Below, piece by piece: positions 1-13,100 of a DNA stretch of 64,000 bases. Made by a program: the position numbers and the translations under genes. Every line of letters starts with the position of its first letter. The first letter of the stretch is position 1. The notes under the pieces are model-generated. The model worked only from the letters and a program-made list of their open reading frames with translations, had not been told where the DNA came from and ran no database searches. The DNA comes from Balanoglossus misakiensis (lineage: Eukaryota; Animalia; Hemichordata), in assembly GCA_040954595.2 (NCBI GenBank), contig CM082595.2, positions 8,910,317 to 8,974,316 on the forward strand, read 5' to 3'.

Positions 1-3000
1 TCATGATTGTGTTCTCACGAGTTTTATTGCTGTCAGGACATAACCCAAATATTTTGATAATTTTGGCAATGACCCTTGATCTACTTGGATATGTCTCTTG
101 TTAAAAAGCACATCAGTCATGATTTTGTTAACATGAGTTTTATTGCTGCCAGGACATACACCAAATATTTTGATAATTTTGGCAATGACTCTTGCTCTAC
201 TTGGATATGTCTCTTGTTAAAAAGCACAACAGTCATTATTTTGTTCACATGAGTTTTATTGCTGCCAGGACATAACCTAAATATTTTGATAATTATGGCA
301 ATGACCCTTGAACTACTTGGATATGTCTCTTGATAAAAAGCCCAACAGTCATTATTTTGTTCACATGAGTTTTATTGCTGCCATGACACAACCAAAATAT
401 TTTGATAATTTTGGCAATGACCCTTGATTTACTTGGATATGTCTCTTGTTAAAAAGCACAACAGTCATGATTTTGTTTACGTGACTACTATTGCTGCCTG
501 GACATAACCCAAATATTTTGATAATTTTGGCAATGACCCTTGATCTACTTGGATATGTCTCTTGTTAAAAAGCACAACAGTCATGATTGTGTTCACACGA
601 GTTTTATTGCTGCCAGGACATAACCCAAATATTTTGATAATTTTGGCAATGACCCTTGATCTACTTGGATATGTCTCTTGATAAAAAGCACAACAGTCAT
701 GATTGTGTTCACATGAGTTTTATTGCTGCCAGGACATAACCCAAATATTTTGATAATTTTGGTAATGACCCTTGATCTTCTTGGATATGTCTCTTGTTAG
801 AAAGCACAACAGTCATGATTGTGTTCACACGAGTTTTATTGCTGCCAGGACATAACCCAAATATTTTGATAATTTTGGCAATGACCCTTGATCTACTTGG
901 ATATGTCTCTTGTTAAAAAGCACATCAGTCATGATTTTGTTAACATGAATTTTATTGCTGCCAGGACATATACCAAATATTTTGATAATTTTTTGCAATG
1001 ACTGTGGATCTACATGAGTTTTATTGCTGACATGACATAACCCAAATATTTTGATAATTTTGGCAATGACCCTTGATCTACTTGGATATGTCTCTTGTTA
1101 AAAAGCACAACAGTCATGATTGTGTTCACACAAGTTTTATTGCTGCCAGGACATAACCCAAATATTTTTTATAATTTTGGCCATGACCCTTGATCTACTT
1201 GGATATGTCTCTTGTTAAAAAGCACAACAGTCATGATTTTGTTTACGTGACTACTATTGCTGCCAGGACTTAACCAAAATATTTTGATAATTTGGGCAAT
1301 GACCCTTGATCCACTTGGATATGTCTCTTGATAAAAAGCACAACAGTCATGATTGTGCTCACATGCGTTTTATTGCTGCCAGGACATATACCAAATATTT
1401 TGATAATTTTGCCAATGACTCTTGATCTACTTGGATATGTCTCTTGTTAAAAAGCACAACAGTCATTATTTTGTTCACATGAGTTTTATTGCTCCCAGGA
1501 CATAACCCAAATATTTTGATAATTATGGCAATGACCCTTGATCTTCTTTGATATGTCTCTTGTTAAAGAGCACAACAGTCATGATTGTGTTCACACAAGT
1601 TTTATTGCTGCCAGGACATAACCCAAATATTTTTTATAATTTTGGCCATGACCCTTGATCTACTTGGATATGTCTCTTGTTAAAAAGCACAACAGTCATG
1701 ATTTTGTTTACGTGACTACTATTGCTGCCAGGACTTAACCCAAATATTTTGATAATTATGGCAATGACCCTTGATCTTCTTTGATATGTCTCTTGTTAAA
1801 GAGCACAACAGTCATGATTGTGTTCACACGAGTTTTATTGCTGTCAGGACATAACCCAAATATTTTGATAATTTTGGCAATGACCCTTGATCTACTTGGA
1901 TATGTCTCTTGTTAAAAAGCACATCAGTCATGATTTTGTTAACATGAGTTTTATTGCTGCCAGGACATAACCCAAATATTTTGATAATTTTGGCAATGAC
2001 CCTTGATCTACTTGGATATGTCTCTTGTTAAAAAGCACATCAGTCATGATTTTGTTAACATGAATTTTATTGCTGCCAGGACATATACCAAATATTTTGA
2101 TAATTTTGGCAATGACTCTGGATCTACATGAGTTTTATTGCTGACATGACATAACCCAAATATTTTGATAATTTTGGCAATGACCCTTGATCTACTTGGA
2201 TATGTCTCTTGTTAAAAAGCACAACAGTCATGATTGTGTTCACACAAGTTTTATTGCTGCCAGGACATAACCCAAATATTTTTTATAATTTTGGCCATGA
2301 CCCTTGATCTACTTGGATATGTCTCTTGTTAAAAAGCACAACAGTCATGATTTTGTTTACGTGACTACTATTGCTGCCAGGACATAACCCAAATATTTTG
2401 ATAATTTTGCCAATGACTCTTGATATACTTGGATATGTCTCTTGTTAAAAAGCACAACAGTCATTATTTTGTTCACATGAGTTTTATTGCTGACATGACA
2501 TAACCCAAATATTTTGATAATTTTGGCAATGACCCTTGATCTACTTGGATATGTCTCTTGTTAAAAAGCACAACAGTCATGATTGTGTTCACACAAGTTT
2601 TATTGCTGCCAGGACATAACCCAAATATTTTTTATAATTTTGGCCATGACCCTTGATCTACTTGGATATGTCTCTTGTTAAAAAGCACAACAGTCATGAT
2701 TTTGTTTACGTGACTACTATTGCTGCCATGACTTAACCCAAATATTTTGATAATCTTGGCAATGACCCTTGATCTACTTGGATATGTCTCTTGATAAAAA
2801 GCACAACAGTCATGATTGTGTTCACACGAGTTTTATTGCTGCCAGGACATACCCCAAATATTTTGATAATTTTGGCCATGACCCTTGATCTACTTGGATA
2901 TGTCTCTTGTTAAAAAGCACAACAGTCATGATTTTGTTTACGTGACTACTATTGCTGCCAGGACTTAACCCAAATATTTTGATAATTTGGGCAATGACCC

Positions 3001-5465
3001 TTGATCTACTTGGATATGTCTCTTGATAAAAAGCACAACAGTCATGATTGTGCTCACATGCGTTTTATTGCTGCCAGGACATATACCAAATATTTTGATA
3101 ATTTTGCCAATGACTCTTGATCTACTTGGATATGTCTCTTGTTAAAAAGCACAACAGTCATTATTTTGTTCACATGAGTTTTATTGCTGCCAGGACATAA
3201 CCCAAATATTTTGATAATTATGGCAATGACCCTTGATCTTCTTTGATATGTCTCTTGTTAAAGAGCACAACAGTCATGATTGTGTTCACACGAGTTTTAT
3301 TGCTGTCAGGACATAACCCAAATATTTTGATAATTTTGGCAATGACTCTGGATCTACATGAGTTTTATTGGTGACATGACATAACCCAAATATTTTGATA
3401 ATTTTGGCAATGACCCTTGATCTACTTGGATATGTCTCTTGTTAAAAAGCACAACAGTCATGATTGTGTTCACACAAGTTTTATTGCTGCCAGGACATAA
3501 CCCAAATATTTTTTATAATTTTGGCCATGACCCTTGATCTACTTGGATATGTCTCTTGTTAAAAAGCACAACAGTCATGATTTTGTTTACGTGACTACTA
3601 TTGCTGCCAGGACATAACCCAAATATTTTGATAATTTTGCCAATGACTCTTGATCTACTTGGATATGTCTCTTGTTAAAAAGCACAACAGTCATTATTTT
3701 GTTCACATGAGTTTTATTGCTGCCAGGACATTACCCAAATATTTTGATAATTATGGCAATGACCCTTGATCTTCTTTGATATGTCTCTTGTTAAAGAGCA
3801 CAACAGTCATGATTGTGTTCACACGAGTTTTATTGCTGTCAGGACATAACCCAAATATTTTGATAATTTTGGCAATGACCCTTGATCTACTTGGATATGT
3901 CTCTTGTTAAAAAGCACATCAGTCATGATTTTGTTAACATGAGTTTTATTCCTGCCAGGACATAACTCAAATATTTTGATAATTTTGGCAATGACCCTTG
4001 ATCTACTTGGATATGTCTCTTGTTAAAAAGCACATCAGTCATGATTTTGTTAACATGAATTTTATTGCTGCCAGGACATATACCAAATATTTTGATAATT
4101 TTGGCAATGACTCTGGATCTACATGAGTTTTATTGCTGACATGACATAACCCAAATATTTTGATAATTTTGGCAATGACCCTTGATCTACTTGGATATGT
4201 CTCTTGTTAAAAAGCACAACAGTCATGATTGTGTTCACACAAGTTTTATTGCTGCCAGGACATAACCCAAATATTTTTTTATAATTTTGGCCATGACCCT
4301 TGATCTACTTGGATATGTCTCTTGTTAAAAAGCACAACAGTCATGATTTTGTTTACGTGACTACTATTGCTGCCAGGACTTAACCCAAATATTTTGATAA
4401 TTTTGGCAATGACCCTTGATCTACTTGGATATGTCTCTTGTTAAAAAGCACATCAGTCATGATTTTGTTAACATGAGTTTTATTGCTGCCAGGACAAACA
4501 CCAAATATTTTGATAATTTTGGCAATGACTCTTGATCTACTTGGATATGTCTCTTGTTAAAAAGCACAACAGTCATTATTTTGTTCACATGAGTTTTATT
4601 GCTGCCAGGACATAACCTAAATATTTTGATAATTATGGCAATGACCCTTGAACTACTTGGTTATGTCTCTTGATAAAAAGCCCAACAGTCATGATTTTGT
4701 TTACGTGACTACTATTGCTGCCAGGACATAACCCAAATATTTTGATAATTTTGGCAATGACCCTTGATCTACTTCGATATGTCTCTTGTTAAAAAGCACA
4801 ACAGTCATGATTGTGTTCACACGAGTTTTATTGCTGCCAGGACATAACCCAAATATTTTGATAATTTTGGCAATGACCCTTGATCTACTTGGATATGTCT
4901 CTTGTTAAAAAGCACAACAGTCACGATTGTGTTCACATGAGTTTTATTGCTGCCAGGACATAACCCAAATATTTTGATAATTTTGGTAATGACCTTTGAT
5001 CTTCTTGGATATGTCTCTTGTTAAAAAGCACAACAGTCATGATTGTGTTCACACGAGTTTTATTGCTGCCAGGACATAACCCAAATATTTTGATAAGTTT
5101 GGCAATGACCCTTGATCTACTTGGATATGTCTCTTGTTAAAAAGCACATCAGTCATGATTTTGTTAACATGAATTTTATTGCTGCCAGGACATATACCAA
5201 ATATTTTGATAATTTTGGCAATGACCCTTGATCTACTTGGATATGTCTCTTGTTAAAAGCACAACAGTCATGATTTGTTCACACAAGTACTACTGCTGCC
5301 AGGGCATAACCCAAATATTTTGATAATTTTTGCAATGACCCTTGATCTACTTGGGTATGTCTCTTGTCAAAAAGCACAGCAGTCATGATTTTGTTCACAT
5401 GAGTTTTATTGCTGCCAGGACATAACCCAAATATTTTGATAATTTTGGCAATGACCCTTGATCTA
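1..5465. repeat. Satellite array 1, 116-bp monomer (runs off the window start)
   Basis: GATATGTCTCTTG recurs at 88, 204, 320, 436 (period 116). Recurring variants include TTTACGTGACTACT and a shortened ...GGATCTACATGAG monomer. Confidence 0.97.
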
Positions 5466-7330
5466 CATTTCCAAAACTTGGTATGCACAGCAGATACAGC
5501 TTTTAAATTTAGAGGACCGGAACACCTAATGAAATACATGTATTAATCTTAACACAATAATTATGTATATAAGCTATTTAAAGTTAACCAATAAAGCGTA
5601 GAAGTCTGCTTGTTGTTGGACACTGATCAGTTTGGTATCAAATTTTGTTGGCACATTTTGCATCACCTCTGGCGTACTTTACCATTTCTAGGCATCCACA
5701 ACAGATACAGCCTTTGCTTTCTGTTGGAACCATGCTAACCACTTTGGCCACTCCAATGCTGCTTGTAGCTCTAATTGTCTTCTTCATGGCGGCCATATTG
5801 GATTTTCTAATAACTTTTAAAAGTTGACATTTTCATAAACTACAGGGCCAATCAAATTGTAGTTTACTGTAGGGTTGAAAGTTTGACAAAAATATCATTA
5901 GTGGTCATGTGACTTTGGGTGCCTTATTAGATTTTTTAAAAATCTCATTAAAAAATTACAAAAAATCTTTTTCTAATCAAGTTTTCAAGTGAATTGTGAT
6001 TGGTGTAACCTTATCAGAGCTAAATTGGATTTTCTGAACCCCGATTAAAAACTAAAATTCCCTATTTCTAGCCTACTCATTGAAAGCACACAATTTCCTT
6101 ATATGGATACGAGTCACCATATGATTAGAATACGTTACATATTTTGGCAACTTTCACATGTTCTTTGATCCATACTGTGCAGTTAAAAGTTTGACAATAA
6201 TATCGTTAGCAGCCATGTGACTTTGAATGCCTTATTGGAATTTTGAAAAAACTCATAAAAAATTCAAACAGACGTTTTCTAATCAAGTTTTCAAGTGAAA
6301 TGTGATTGGTGTCACCTTATTGGAGCCAAATTGGATTTCTCTGAACACTGATTTAAAACTAAGATTTCCTATTTCTAGCCTACTCATTGAAAACAAACAA
6401 ATTAGTTTTTGCCAACAATTTGTTGGCAACTCTCGCATGTCATTTGACCCAGTAATTCCAGAACTTAATTTTATGTGGATATGGCTCTTGTTAAAAAGCA
6501 TAACAGTCATGATTGTGGTCACATGAGTTTTATTGCTGCCAGGACTTAACCCAAATATTTTGATAATTTTGGCAATGACCCTTGATCCAAATTTCCAAAA
6601 CTTGGTATGCACAGCATATACAGCTGTTAAATTTAGAGGACCGGAACACCTAATGAAGTACATGTATTAACCTTAACACAATAATTATGTATATAAGCTA
6701 TTTAAAGTTAACCAATAAAGCGTAGAAGTCTGCTTTTTGTTGGACACTGATCAGTTTGGTATCAAATTTTGTTGGCACATTTTGCATCACCTCTAGCTTA
6801 CTTTACCATTTCTAGGCATCCACAACAGATACAGCCTTTGCTTTCTGTTGGAACCATGCTAACCGCTTTGGCCACTCCAATGCTACTTTTAGTTTTAATT
6901 GTCTTCTTCATGGCGGCCATATTGGCTTTTCTAATAAGCTTTAAAAGTTGAAATTTTCATAATATACAGGGCCAATCAAGTTCTAATTTACTGTGCGATT
7001 GAAAGTTTGACAAAAATATCATTAGTGGTCATGTGACTTTTGGTGCCTTATGGATTTTTTAAAAATCTCATTAAAAACTTCAAAAATCTTTTACTAATCT
7101 AGTTTTCAAGTGAATTGTGATTGGTTAAACCTTATTGGAGTCAAATTGGATTTTCTGAACAACGATTTAAAACTAAGATTTCCTATTTCTGGCCTACTCA
7201 TTAATTATTCGTGGATATGCCTCTTGTTGAAAAGCACAATGGTGATGATTTTTTTCACACGAATAGTACTGCTGCCAGGACATAACCCAAATTTTTTGAT
7301 AACATTGGCATTGAACTTTGTCCTAAGTTT
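5466..7330. repeat. ~1124-bp tandem duplication of a TE-like sequence carrying single diverged satellite-1 monomers
   Basis: Near-identical ORFs at 5645 and 6769 (offset 1124). Satellite-1-like monomers at ~6475-6590 and ~7212-7320. Motif ATGGCGGCCATATTGG in both copies. Confidence 0.85.
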
Positions 7331-7999
7331 GGCACCTGTATTCTTTTCTGAATATCTTATGGCGCCTAGACTAATAGCACTAGAGGTTTGGTTTTTGATG
7401 TATATGGACAAGTATGGGACTTAGCTTTTTTGTTACATTTGGAATCCACTGGACCAATGTTGAGCTTATTAAATATGTGAATAACTAATGCTGAGCTTAC
7501 CTATATTGTTACAGGTTGAATTTTTTATTAACATGCTCTACTATTGGACTTAATCTGAATTTCTTGACCAATGATAACCTTCAAATTTTGAGGGCTGGAA
7601 CACCTAATTACCAGGTTAACCAATAGAGCCAGAAGTCTTGTTTTTCATTTAATGCTGATTATTTTGGAAGAAAAAATTGTTGACAATTTTGGGTGAGCTC
7701 TTGGTGACCTTTGATCAGCTTTCCTATTTACATAGCAGATACAGCATTGGCACTCTCTGGTATCCATAGGAACTGCTTTGACCTAGCCAATGTTGGTTGC
7801 ACCTTAATTGCACCGCAGTATGTTGGTTTGGGCGAGCTTGCCACATTAATCCTATCATTATCATTGATTTTATTGATTTCATGTTTTTAATTCTTTCATT
7901 CTTTTTTTTCTGTAGGTCCCACCGGTACTCTTCTTCTTCTCTCTCTCTCTTTCTTTTTTACTTTTTCCTCTTCTTTCTTTTCTCTTTTTTTTTCTTTTT

Positions 8000-8490
8000 T
8001 TTTCCTGTAGGCCCCAATGGTAACACCATAATCAACCTACTAACGTAAAATTTGATGGATGGAGAGAGCGGAGTGTCAACCATAGTCAACCTACTAATAT
8101 AAACTTTGATGGAGGATGGATGGAGCGTCAACCATAGTCAACCTACTAATATAAACTTTGATGGATGGATGGAGCGGAGCGTCAACCATAGTCAACCTAC
8201 TAAAATATAAACTTTGATGGATGGATGGTGCTGCGGAGCGTCAACTTAAATGATGGAGAAGTGGAAGGATGGAGAAGTGGAGTTTTTTTCTCTGTTTTTT
8301 CCTCTTTTTTTCCTGTAGGGCTCACTGGTAACACCATAATCAACCTACTAACGTAAAATTTGATGGATGGATGAAGCGGCGTGTCAACCATAGTCAACCT
8401 ACTAAAATAAACTTTGATGGATGGATGGATGGAGCATCAACCTAAAGGATGGAGAAGTGGAAGAATGGAGAAGTGGAGTTTCAACATAAT
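8000..8490. repeat. Minisatellite-like short repeats (CAACCATAGTCAACCTACTAA...TTTGATGGATGG) with a duplicated block
   Basis: Motif repeats about seven times. TTTCCTGTAGG...GGTAACACCATAATCAACC occurs at ~8000 and ~8310. Confidence 0.8.
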
Positions 8491-8589
8491 ATCCTATTGA
8501 CCGAAATTATTAGTTAGAGTAATATAGACATACAAAACGAGGTGATCGTAATATAAAACTTAACAGTCCAATAAATCGGGTTAATAATT

Positions 8590-9435
8590 GGTAGTGATTA
8601 CTTGTTTTAAAATTAGGTTAACAGCAATGGCTTTGTGCAGGGTATGATAATAGGTTCTGAAATGTGTATGGTATAATAACGGTGAACAAATTTGAATTTG
8701 GTTTAATAAAAGGGTTAAAAATGTGATGATGGTTTTATGGTAAAATTGGAGTGTACACAGGTTATAAAGGGGTAACAGTGGTTGCTTGTATGAAGGTAAT
8801 GATAATAGGGTAACAAATGTGACTGGTATAAAAAATGTATAATAACGGGTTCATAATATGATGATGGCTTGTGTACACAGGTTATAATGGGTATATGAAT
8901 GTGAAGGGTATAATAATGGTAATAGGGTAACAAATGTGACTGGTATAAAAAGGTATAATAACGGGTTCATAATATGATGATGGCTTGTGTACACAGGTTA
9001 TAATGGGTATATGAATGAGAGGGGTATAATAATGGTAATAACTGTGTCAGGTTTAATAAGGGTAGCAATTGTGCAAGGGTATAATAACGATTAATAATTG
9101 TGGTGATGGCTTATGGTGATATTAAGTATAAAAGGGTGTTTAATATTGATGGTGATGATAAAGGTATAATAATGATAAATCGTTAAATAAGTGTCCAGGG
9201 TCTAATAATCATGTTGGTTCATTCATTGGTTAATGTGAATATTTTATGAATAACATGCTATTATTTCTCAGATAGATAATACTCGTCAGCATCGTTATTC
9301 GGTGGAATTTCTCGCAACGGTACCCGTGATTGTATTCGCGCATCGACACATTGTACGCGACAGACATGCAGAAAATGTTAGCACAATGTTAGGTTAGCTT
9401 AACCTCCCCACCCCATCCAAATTCCAAATTTAGCT
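8590..9435. repeat. Diverged dispersed repeat, copy A, with an internal ~117-bp tandem duplication at ~8800-9040
   Basis: Shares GGTTCATTCATTGGTTAATGTG, GACAGACATGCAGAAAAT and CCTCCCCACCCCATCCAAATTCCAAATTTAGCTT with 20790-21433. Confidence 0.8.
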
Positions 9436-10149
9436 TAGATCATGGGGTGAGAGGAGGAGAGGACAGTTTTTTTCCCTCTTTTGTAATTGGTATGAGGTTT
9501 TTTAACTGCCCTTTAGGCGCGTAAATTAAATATGTTATCATACATGTAGTTATCTTGCTTTATTTTAAAACAATTGTGAATGAGCTCTGCGAGATTATGT
9601 ACACGATAGTGTGTTATATAATGCTAAGGTAAAAGTAAATTTAACCCACTAACCCATCACACTATTGTGTGCATAATTAGCAGATGCTATTTTGACTAGC
9701 CCATTGTTCAACCAAATGACACCTTGTTTCAAAAAGAGCTGAAACTATATTGGTTAATTTCTTTCAGTTTAACCACATGACACATTGCTTCAAATTGGCC
9801 TGCAAGATATGCTACTTGAACACCCCCCCCCCCCCAAAAAAAAACAATTAGGGATTAATCACTCGCTATATTATGAACATTCACATGAAAATTATGCAAC
9901 CAAATTAAAGGTATTCTGGAGGCGTCTTCTGATGTCAGGTGGTTCAAATCCACCGATACCTAAGCTGGAAACATAACTTTTCATTGGTGTTCATGTATGG
10001 CGAATAAAACACGCATATTCGTATTATCATATTTCAGAAATGAACGAATTGAATAAGATTCTTTTCGATATGTCACTATAAACTTTAATCCCATTTCACC
10101 CACTTTACTCAAAATGTAATGTTTAAATAGCAAAGAAGTAATCACTAAA

Positions 10150-13100
10150 CTTTGACACCGGGGTTTAAAATGCATACAGGGATACTAAAAGTTGACTGAA
10201 AATCCCTGGGTTAATACGTGTCCAAAAGCAATTTTATTTGACATTGCTAATGCAGCGATGACATTGAATCTGATTCTTTGCATCAGGGTAAATTGTGATG
10301 CAAGCTTGATGATGCAGCCCGGTAGATAGTGATGCAAACACTTCACTTTGACATGGGTATTTAATGCATGTGCATGGGTATTTAATGTTGACTGTAAATC
10401 CCCAGGTTAATTCTTGGCCAAAAGCACTGTAATTTGACATTGCTAATGCTACCGTGACACTAAATCTGATTCTTTGCATCAGGGTAAATTGTGAAGCAAG
10501 CTTGATGATGCATCGTGATAGATGGTGTTTCAAGCCCTTCACATTGACATTGGAATATAACGCATATGGGGATTGAAAGTTGATTGTGAATCCCCAGGTT
10601 AATACTTGGCCAAAAGCACTGTAATTTAAAATTGCTAATGCAATGGTGACATTCAATGTGATTCTTTGCATTAGGGGAAATGGTGTAGGAAGCCTAATGG
10701 TGCATCAGAGTAGATGGTGATGCAAGCTCTGCACTTTGACATAGGTATTTAATGCATATGCATGGGTATTTAATGTTGACTGTAAATCCCCAGGTTAATA
10801 CGTGGCCAAAAGCACTGTAATTTGACATTGCTAATGCTACCGTGACACTAAGTCTGATTCTTTGCATCAGGGTAAATTGTGAAGCAAGCTTGATGATGCA
10901 TCATGATAGATGGTGTTTCAAGCCCTTCACATTGACATTGGAATATAACGCATATGGGGATTGAAAGTTGATTGTGAATCCCCAGGTTAATACTTGGCCA
11001 AAAGCACTGTAATTTAAAATTGCTAATGCAATGGTGACATTGAATTTGATTCTTTGCATTAGGGGAAATGGTGTAGGAAGCCTAATGGTGCATCAGAGTA
11101 GATGGTGATGCAAGCTCTGCACTTTGACATAGGTATTTAATGCATATGCATGGGTATTTAATGTTGACTGTAAATCATCAGGTTAATACGTGGCCAAAAG
11201 CACTGTAATTTGACATTGCTAATGCTACCGTGACACTTAATCTGATTCTTTGCATCAGGGTAAATTGTGACGCAAGCTTGATGATGCATCATGATAGATG
11301 GTGTTTCAAGCCCTTCACATTGACATTGGAATATAACGCATATGGGGATTGAAAGTTGATTGTGAATCCCCAGGTTAATACTTGGCCAAAAGCACTGTAA
11401 TTTAAAATTGCTAATGCAATGGTGACATTGAATTTGATTCTTTGCATTATGGGAAATGGTGTAGGAAGCCTAATGGTGCATCAGAGTAGATGGTGATGCA
11501 AGCTCTGCACTTTGACATAGGTATTTAATGCATATGCATGTGTATTTAATGTTGACTGTAAATCATCACGTTAATACGTGGCCATAAGCACTGTAATTTG
11601 ACATTGCTAATGCAACAATGATATTGAATCTGATTCTTTGCATCAGGGTTAATGGCATTGCAGGCTTGATGATGCATCCCGGTAGATAGTGAGGCAAACA
11701 CTTCACTTTGACATGGGTATTTAATGCATGCACATTGATATCTAAAGTTGACTCTAAATCCCGAGGTTAATACATGGCCAAAAGCACTGTAATTTTAAAT
11801 TACTAATGCAAGGGTGACATTGAATATGAGTAAATGGTGAAGCAAACGTGATGATGCATCAGGATAGATGGTGTTTCAAGCCCTTCACATTGATTTTTGA
11901 ATATAATGCATATAGGGATTTAAAGATGATTATAAATCCTTAGGTTAAGACATGGCCAAAAGAACTTTTATTTGACATTGCTAATGCAACAGTGACATTG
12001 AATCTGATTCTATGCATCAGGGTAAATGGCGAAGCAAGCTTAATGATGCATCAGGACAGATGGTGTTTCAAGCCCTTCACATTCACATTGGAATATAACG
12101 CATATGGGGATTTGAAGTTGACTGTAAATCCTCAGGTTAATACGTGGCCAAAAGCAATTTTATTTGACATTGCTAATGCAATGGTGACATTGAATCTGAT
12201 CCTATGCATCAGGGTAAATGGCGATGCAGGCTTGATGATGCATCACGGTAGATAGTGATGCAAACAGTTCACTTTGACATGGGTTTAAATGGATATGGGG
12301 ATTTCAAGTTGATTACAAATCCCTGGGTTAATACGTGTCCAAAAGCAATGTAATTTGACATTGCTAATGAAATGGTGACATTGAATGTAATTCTTTGCAT
12401 TAGGGGAAATGGCTAAGCAAGCTTAATGATGCATTGGACTAGATGGTGATGCAAGCTATGCATTTTGACATACATATTTAATGCATATGCATGTGTATTT
12501 AATGTTGACTATAAATCCTCAGGTGAATACATGGCCATAAGCACTATAATTTGACATTGCTAATGAAATGGTGACACTGAATCTGATTCTTTGCATCAGG
12601 GCAAATGGCGAAGCAAGCTTAATGATGCATCGGAGTAGATGTTGATGCAAGCTCTGCATTTTGACATAGGTATTAAATGTATATACATGGATATTTAAAG
12701 TTGTCTGTAAATCCCCAGGTTAATACATGGCCATAAGCACTATAATTTGATATTGCTAATGAAATGGTGACACTGAATCTGATTCTTTGCATCAGGGCAT
12801 ATTGTGAAGCATGCTTGATGATGCATTAGGATCAATAGTGATGGAAACACTGCACTATGACATGGGCATTTAATGCATACGCATTGATATTTACAGTTGA
12901 CTCTAAATCCCAAGGTTAATACATGGCTAAAAGCGCTGTTATTTAAAATTACTAATGCAAGGGTGACATTGAATATGGGTAAATGGTGAAGCAAACATGA
13001 TGATGCATCAGGATAGATGGTGTTTTAAGCCCTTCACATTGACTTTTGAATATAATGCATATGAGGATTTAAAGTTGATTGTAAATCCCTAGGTTAATAC

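Noticed and set aside
1-5465. CRISPR-like array
   Set aside because: The whole monomer repeats with no unique spacers, there are no cas genes, and the context is eukaryotic.
5645-6951. Duplicated 60-aa hydrophobic ORFs as membrane peptides
   Set aside because: They start at TTG, lie inside a duplicated TE-like unit and have no independent support.
7797-8048. Phe-rich ORF (likewise 26568-26753)
   Set aside because: Translation of low-complexity T-rich sequence.
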